Below, in pieces: positions 50,601-59,600 of a stretch of 64,000 nucleotides of DNA. The DNA is from Dendrobates tinctorius. Taxonomy: Eukaryota. The stretch lies in the NCBI RefSeq assembly GCF_039654945.1, contig NW_027361754.1:30566001-30630000 (forward strand), in the 5' to 3' direction. A model generated the notes under the pieces. It saw only the letters and a program-made list of their open reading frames with translations. It was not told the DNA's origin and ran no database searches. How positions within the stretch are numbered: the first letter of the stretch is position 1; each line of letters opens with the position of its first letter. The position numbers and the translations under genes were made by a program.

Positions 50601-53600
50601 CCTCGGACAGAGATATCATAGGTTTGCCTATGAGTTTTCCTTCCATTTAACACTAAACATTATATCTCTAGAAATTACGGGGCAGCAGATACCAGTTTCT
50701 CAGTTCCTAGTGAGCGAGGAGATCCAAAAACGCTGTGGCGAATAGCTCTAATGATGTAGCTCTCAAAAACATAGCTTTGTGAAGAGGAATGTTTGTGAGC
50801 TCAGTGTCCTTTACAAACCAATAGGGGGGGAAGGGCAGCGTGTCATTCAAAACCAAAGGAGATGTAGCAGAGCTCTGTGTATGTGACTAAAACACTAAGA
50901 AATTACATAATATTCCTGACAGTGGGCTTATCTCCCTGAGAACGAAGGGATCGACCATCGTAAATCCAATTTGCTGGATCAAGTCAGAAGGCCCCCATAC
51001 ATGTTGGACTGTCCACCTATCTCTGTGAAATTAGCTGGTTCAGCTGATTTTTATCAATTATAGTCCATCGCTTTATCCGGTCTGTGTGTGGCAATCCGTC
51101 CCAAGCAAGTTATCACCTGTGAACTGCATATTGGACTATTGGTTCCCCCACTGATCGGAAGGATAGGGGACTTGTGCCAAGGCACAGCCAGGAGTCGAAT
51201 AGAGTCGTTCTAGTTAACTATTACTGGCTGTTGTCTTGTGTCTAGAGGGAGAATGGGGAACACAAGTTACCCCATATTCTGACTATTGATGGGGGTCCCA
51301 AAGGGTGGGACTTGCTGAGATGTAGAAATTGAGTTCTCATGCAGCTACATGCTGATTTGTGCAGATTTGAATACCCCTTTAATGTATTCTCTACCTTGTT
51401 GGGGATATCATTTAGTATAGCATTTCTCTAAACTACTAGGCACTTGCATATTTGCTTTTCACTTTCAACAAAGTAGGTTTTTCTTACCAAAATTGCATAC
51501 AGGTTTGACCGAACTCTTGGTGGCTTTGAGATAGACGTGAGGCTTCGAGATCACTTAGCCAAGCTATTCAATGACCAAAAGAAATCCAGGAAGGATGTTC
51601 GAGAGAATCCCCGGGCGATGGCTAAGCTCCTAAAAGAGGCGAATCGCGTGAAGACCATCCTGAGTGCCAACAATGATCACATGGCACAGGTACCGTACTG
51701 TAAAATTTGGAAAACTGCAAAATGTAACCATATATTACATTCACTAGAGACAGTGAACCCAAACCCTGGTCCAGCGGCCTTGCCAGAAATCTAAGGTTTT
51801 TGTTTAAGAGCGCCGAGAACCACTTCTTTGTCTTCTTTTGATTAACTATCCTGGCGTGACTTCATGCCAGGCCGGCTACTCAAAAGAAGAGCTGCAGAGA
51901 CTGTCAAGCAGGAAGCGACTTACAGGGCTACCATCCAGCGGTCATGGCTGAGAGTCTAGGTCCTGGGAATTCATTTGCGCTATCGCTAATCATATATCTA
52001 ATGTTTTCTTGGTGCGCAGATCGAGGGTCTTATGGATGATATTGACTTTAAAGCCAAAGTAATGCGTCAAGAATTAGAGGAGCTGTGTGCAGATCTCTTC
52101 GAAAGGGTTTCTTCGCCTGTGCAGAAAGCTCTGAGTAGTGCTGAGATGAACATGGTGAGAATGACACATGTATTTAAAATTGGTAATTTTGTATGTGTAT
52201 GTATATATATAATTTTTCCCAGCGTTTTTAAGTGTGGTATTTGTCTTGATAGGATGAAATTGATCAGGTCATCATAGTGGGAGGTAGCACTCGTATTCCT
52301 AAAGTTCAAGAGCTGCTTCTTAAAGCCGTGGGCAAGTGAGTATGTCGCAGCAAAGTTCTGCTATTCTGATGACCTCCAAGTTGTTGACTCTCCCTTTTAT
52401 GCAATGAAGGCCACCAGCTGGTGACTGGGTATGGGGGATGGGGGATTCAGAAACACTAGGTGATGACCTCATTCAAAACTGCAACTCATTCTACAAAAAA
52501 TAATCTCTCATGCAGCGATGTCAATGGAAAAAAAAAAAGTTATGGCTCTTAGGCTGGTTTCACATTTGCGTTTTTTAGCGCTGGAAAAAAACGCTAACCT
52601 GCGCATGCGTTTTTTCCCCTATCTTTAACATGGGTGCGCATACCTGCGCGCTTGTAAGCGCATGTATGCGATTTTCATGCGCTGCGTTTTTTTGGGGTGT
52701 GCGATTGGATTTTCCAGACGCATCATGTTGCATTTTTTGGCCCTGCAAAAAAGCGCATGCGCACATATGCGCACGTTTTGCGCTAAAAATGGCCATTATA
52801 GCCTATGGATGCGCATATGTGCGCACTGGCATGCTCATGTAAGCGTTTTTTTGCATATGCGTTTTTTTTTTTTAACCATGGAATTTAGGGGTTTGAGTTA
52901 GAGTTAGGGTTAGTTAAGGGGGTTTAGGGTTAGGGTCAGGGTCAGGGTTAGGGTTGGGTTTTGGGTCAGGGTTAGGGTTTAGTATGGTTTGGTTAAGGGT
53001 TAGGGTCAGGGTTAGGGTCAGGATTAGGGTTAAGTATGGTTTTGTTAAGGGTTAGGGTCAGGGTTAGGGTCAGGGTTAGGGTTAGGGTCAGGGTTAGGGT
53101 TAGGGTCAGGGTTAGGGTTAAGTATGGTTTTGTTAAGGATTAGGGTCAGGGTTAGGGTCAGGATTAGGGTTAAGTATGGTTTTGTTAAGGGTTAGGGTTA
53201 GGGTCAGGGTTAGGGTCAGGGTTAGGGTTAAGTATGGTTTTGTTAAGGATTAGGGTCAGGATTAGGGTCAGGATTAGGGTTAAGTATGGTTTTGTTAAGG
53301 GTTAGGGTTAGGGTTAGGGTCAGGATTAGGGTTAGGGTTAGGGTCAGGGTCAGGGTTAAGTATGGTTTTGTTAAGGGTTAGGGTCAGGGTTAGTGTCAGG
53401 GTTAGGGTCAGGGTTAGGGTCAGGGTTAGGGTCAGGGTTAGGGTCAGGGTTAGGGTCAGGGTTAGGGTTAGGGTTAGTTAGGGTTTAGGGTTTGGGTTAG
53501 GGTTAAGTATGATGTGGTTAAGGGTTAGGGTTAGGGTCAGGGTTAGGGTTAGGGTCAGGGTTAGGGTTAGTAAAGTCATGGTTTGGGTAGTGTGAGGGGC

Positions 53601-56600
53601 CACCTAAAAATGTTGGAAAAAAACGCAAACGCGGTAAAAACGCGCTAAAAACGCATACAAACGCATAAAAACGCTGCGTTTTTTTCATGCATGCTCATAA
53701 AAATGCTTGAAAAAAACGCAGCAGTTGTATGCTTATGTAAGCGTTTTTTCAATGCGTTTTTTTGCGGGAAAAACGCGCTGCAAAAAAAAGCAAGTGTGAA
53801 ACTAGCCTAAGTAGGAGGAAGTGGAATATCAAAATTTAAAAAAAAAAAAAATTGGCCACTGGGGATAATGCTTAAAATGTGTGAGGTAATTGTCAATGTA
53901 ATTCACAATTTTGTCACAGGGAAGATCTTGGGAAGAACATAAATGCGGATGAAGCTGCTGCAATGGGAGCCGTTTATCAGGCTGCCGCTCTAAGTAAAGC
54001 CTTTAAAGTGAAGCCATTTGTAGTCCGAGATGCCGCTGTTTTTCCAATACAAGTAAGACTTAAGTTTTATGGATTACAGTGTGAGAAAACATCTTTCTTT
54101 CAAAAGCTTATTTTTGCTGAGTCTTCAGGAGTTCACCGCTCCGATCTCCTGGCTTACGGCTTGCTGGTGACAGTGCGCTCCTGATTGACAGTTAGCTCAC
54201 CCGAACAGTGCGCTTTCTGATGCTGCAGGCAGAAGCAGCTTCAGAGTAGTTGTCTAGGGTCAGCGACGCAGCTAGCTACAAAGCAGCGCTGGCAAGCTTC
54301 ATAGCACAGATCTTGAAACTGCTGCACTCCTTGCATAGGAATCTGGCCACCTCTGTTGGCAGCAGTGGCTGGTAACCTAGGCAATGGGCGGTTAACTATA
54401 GAATTAAAAATTCCTCCATTCTTGAACAGAGAGGATTTTTAATAAAAGGCAAATTGCAAAGTTCCTTGTTTTATTTTTTAACCCATTTATAATGAGACAA
54501 CCCCTTTTAAGTGATGTCTTGTATCCATCAGGTGGAGTTTACGCGAGAAGTGGAGGAAGAAAACGTTAAAAGCTTGAAGCACAATAAAAGGATTCTCTTC
54601 CAGAGGCTGGCACCCTACCCGCAGCGCAAAGTGATCACCTTTAATCGATACACAGACGACTTTGAATTTAACATTAATTACGGAGACCTGAGCTTCCTTG
54701 ACGCAGAGGATCTTAAGTAAGACCATAGATAAAAAAAAAAAAAATCTATTCGTTACTTGCATTAGCAATAGCGCTATGGAAATGTCAGCCGTGATAAACG
54801 TCCAACTTTTTTTTTATTTTTCTTATTGCAGAATTTTTGGATCATTGAACCTCACTACTGTTAAACTCAGTGGAGTTGGGGAGAGTTTTCAGAAGAAGGC
54901 GGACTACGAATCAAAAGGGATCAAGGCACACTTCAATATGGACGAAAGTGGAATACTCAGCCTGGACAAGGTAAGGGTTAACAAAACTCGCACATTCACA
55001 ATCCTTTTCTTTTTAATGGGTTTTTCCAGTGCTGTGCTGATGACGTCTCTTCGCGACAAGTGTCTCTGTGCTTTTGTGCAAAGGTATCATGCACCTCTTT
55101 TATTCTGGATGGGTGCATGCTACCTGCTAGCAGATAGTCAGTAAAATGCCATTGGTGCGTTTCACATTTTAAGGTGTCAAAGAAAACCTTTTAGATTCAG
55201 GTGTTTCTTCATGCACACGTAGTGGATGTGTTTGGAAAATCTGTAGTGAAATGCAGAGCAGCAAGCCGAGCAGATGAGCTACTAGGTCTCCTTCTCGTAG
55301 TGGGAATTTTTCCCTACAGTCTTTTCATTATGGATTTCACCCTTTGCAATCCATCCGGTGAAGTCCCCAGCAAAATCCGCCTGTAAGAGAAGCAGAATTA
55401 CAGTGGGTTTGATTCTCTGTGGAAAAGTCATAGTGGGATTTCAGTGCTAACATTAAAGCAAACTGGACAAAATTAACTTAGAATTGTTTTTCCAATCCGT
55501 TTAGGTGGAAGCTGTGTTTGAGACGCTGGTAGAAGAGAAGCCGGAGCAGGAATCTACGTTGACGAGTAAGTGACACTTTACCTGCATGAACCAGATGGTA
55601 TTTCTCAATTTAATAAGCCAAAGTTTGATGGAGAATAAAGGTGGTCAAGGTAGAGGAAAATTAATTCTGGCTGCAGAATGTCAGGGTTTTTTTTTTTTTT
55701 TTTAAATATAGTCTTATACATTTATATTTTCATGTGCTGTGAATCTTTTACTTTGTCCTCTACAGAACTGGGAAATACTATATCCAGTTTATTCGGAGGA
55801 GGAAGTTCCACTACGGAAAGTAAGGAGAATGCCACAGACAGCGTCCAGGTAAGACTTTATCGCCCAAACATCACCTGCAGATCTATATATTTGGCATCTA
55901 ACAAAACGACAAGCTTAGATCTGCATTTCTGGACTGGTTCCTTACACCGTTCCCTTGAATGTGGTTGAACTCTGAATCTCCACTAAACTTTTATGAAGTT
56001 TGACCTCTAACCATAGTAATCATGTTTTCATTTTTCTTATTTTATTTATACTTTACAGGAAGAAGAGGAGGTGCCAACTGAAGCCACTAAAGAAGAAGAT
56101 CAAGAGTCTGCAACCCAAGCGAGTGACCAAAAGGATTCAGACGATAAAGCAGAGGACCGAAAAGCAGAAGAGAAAAAAGAAGATGAAAAAGACAACAAGG
56201 TAACCCACAAAATGCAGTTAAATTGTTCATCCATGAGTTTGCTATTGAAAGCATATCTATTGGTTAGGTAATCAACATCACATTGGTGGGAGTCCAAAAC
56301 CAGGCACCCTCATTGATAATGGTTTGCAGGTCCTATGCTGGACGGATGTTAGGAGCTTGAAGATCACAGCGCTCAGTGGGTGCTCAGCTCCCAATCACTT
56401 CAACAGGAGCGGAGTTGTAGTACCAGAGAATGGCCACTACAAGGTGCTGTTGTGCCCTGGCATTGTACACTCTGTAACTTAAATGGCCGCAGGACCAATT
56501 GACGACTTCCTGGTGGAGGTGTTGCTTTTTGAACCCTCACAAATCTCATCAAAAGAATAGGCTATTAGTTTCCAAAGTCCTGTACATCCCCTTTACACTT

Positions 56601-59600
56601 TTTATGATCAACTGCTGGATTATTACTAAAATTCTATGGTTTATTGACTCTGGTAGGACACTAAGGAAACAGACGAAACTGCAAAAGAAGCAGAATCTGC
56701 AAAGCCACCGGAAGAACAGGCAAAAAAACCCGCTGCTCCTAAGAAGCAGAAGCTTGTCGATGAGATCGGAGCCGATCAGACCATTAATGATATACCAGAT
56801 CTTAATGAAGAAGATGTGAAGAAATCTGTTAAAAAGTGAGTATATTAAGAAAAGATCCGAAGACTGTGAAGTGCAGGGTAACTGTTATCTCTGTACCTTA
56901 GAATGGACATGTGATCGTTTACGGAGAACAGAATACCCCTTTAAATGTTTCCATGATTTGTTCCTAAGTTTGTAAATTGGAAAGAAGTCTTTACTCCCTT
57001 TCCTCTTAGAGTAAAATTCTGAATGTAAAGTCCTCTGAAATGTGACTATGAAGAATAACCTGTCCTTTTGCTTCTAGGTTGCAGGAGCTCACTGAGCGAG
57101 ACTTTGCGAAACAAGAACGAGAAAAAGCTGCAAATACTTTAGAAGCTTTTATTTTTGAGACGCAGGTATGAAACCTTTATTTACGTGCGAGTGGGTTGTT
57201 TTTCTGTATATTATTGAAGACCTATCCTTAGAATAGGTCATCAATGTCAGATTGGAGGAATCCCAAGTGATCAGCTGTGTCTTATCTCCGTCATAGCGTT
57301 CAATGCTTGGTGGCAATTCTCAGGTACTGGGAGCTGATCTACACCACCTGGCAGCATCTACGACACATTGATTGGAGCTGCGCTCTTCAGCCTAGTTCAG
57401 TGCTTACAATATGTATACAGCTCTGGCTAAAAATTAAGAGACCACCACATTAAAACCCTGTCATGGACAGCCCATTCTTCAGACCTGAACCCCATTGAAA
57501 ACCTCTGGAATGTAATCAAGAGGATGATGGATAGTCACAAGCCATCAAACAAAGAAGAACTGCTTACATTCTTGCGCCAGAAGCAGTGTGAAAGACTGGT
57601 GGCAAGCATTAAAGCTGTGATTAAAAATCATGGTTATTCCACAAAATATTGATTTCTGAACGCTCCTTAGTTACAACATTAGTATTGTTGTTTCTAAATG
57701 ATTATGAATTTGTTTTCTTAGCATTATTTGAGGTCTGAAAGCACTGTTTGTTTGTTTTTTTTCAATTTTGACCATTTCTCCTTTTCAGAAATAAAAAAAC
57801 AAAATTTATTGCCTGGAAATTCAGAGACATGTCAGAAGTTTATGGACTAAAAGAACAATTTACATTTTACTCAAAAATATACCTATAAAGAGAAGAATCG
57901 GACTAACTGAACATTTGGAAATGGTCTCTTAATTTTTGCCAGAGCTGTATATGTTAATTCATGATCTTACAATAATGTGTCCTCTTATTGCCTTTAGGAT
58001 AAACTAGAGCAAAATGAGTTCCGTAAAGTGTCTACAAAAGATCAGAGGGAGGAGATCTCCAGTAAGCTTAGCCAAGCCTCAACCTGGCTGGAAGAAGAGG
58101 GATACACAGCAACTACTAAGGTACTGGGTTAAAAATGGGATGGAAAGGTATATTCTGGTTATATCTTATTCTAATCATTTGATATGGACGCTATTGTTTT
58201 TTTATTTAAATGAATGCACTTTTTTTTGCAAGGATTTCATAAAGAAATGCTCGACCATTTCTCTTCTACAGCCTCTATGCATAACGGTATCTATTCTATT
58301 ATTTCTAAACACTGTTTTTCGGTGATTCCTTTGTATCCCCATTCATACTGCACCCACACACAAATTATACACCGTTTGAAAGGTAAACTTGCCCCCTTCA
58401 GCAAGAAAATAGCCAAACAAACCACACATCCACGATTTGATCACAAAATACAATGACCTGCAGGTGGCACCACAGTACCCCAAAGCACACTACCACAAAG
58501 CTGCTCCACACACACACGATACACCATTTGAAAGGTAAACTTGCTCCCTTCAGCAAGAAAACAGCCAAACAAACCACACATCCACGATTTTATCATTTAG
58601 TGCAGTTTAAACATTCATTTTCATAAACCTGCAGAAAGACACAATGACCTGCAGGTGGCACCTCATCCAGAAATTTTTTTTGGCCTCTACTTATCAAAAC
58701 AATTTATTGTATTACCAATCTACATATATAAATACCTGTCTGTGTTCATCAGCTCATGAAATACATTTACATTTGACCAGCTTGCTTTTTCTGAAATTGC
58801 CTGCGCCCCCGACGACCAATGTGCAAAAATTTTGCACGGGCCAAGCTAGTATAGCAGAATGAGTGAAAAGTGACATTTCCCAGTTAGTGGCAGGATCGCT
58901 TTGCATCTCTAAACTTATTTAGGACAACTTAAGTTAACTTTTAAATGGTCAATAAATCACATTGGATATAAAAGTTGCAGACCATCAGAAGAGCTCACTA
59001 GAGTCACTGGTATATCATTCTCCTGTCTATTTACTGTTATACTGTAGAAGCCAAATTTTTAAGAAAAACCCTTCTGCAAAAAAATGCTTTTTAACCAAAA
59101 GATGCATTTAATTAAAAATAAAATCTTGCATAACTGTCTCTTTTTAAGACCTGGTACAGTAATGTATTGTGCACTTCTTATAGAACGTAAAGCATTCATG
59201 GTTTGAATGTAGTTAATCATATTACAAGGGAATTTGGGCATTACATCCATCAAGTTGAAGCGGGCAGGTACAAGTCGCTCCAAAGCCACTCAAACCTTTT
59301 TTTTTTCCCTGTGCCCAACTCTTTTTTTAAAACTTGAAGTGTTGCAGTTTTTTCTGATTCTGATGAGGACCTCCTGTTGCTGGTTCGTGCTGTCCATGCA
59401 CCCGATATGACAGGTTCAGATTAAGGTGGAATTTTCTTATGATAATTGAAAATAATTATCAGTCATATTTATTGCAGGAGCTGAAGGATAAGCTAAGCGA
59501 CCTGAAGAAGGCGTGCAAGTCATTATTTTTCAAGGTTGAAGAGCGGAGAAAGTGGCCGGACAAACTTACAACTCTGGATAGTTTGCTCAATCATTCTTCT

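Noticed and set aside
52885-53570. True telomere or chromosome fusion point
   Set aside because: The repeats run in one orientation only, are enclosed by MITE TIRs, and HYOU1 exons continue in order on both sides.
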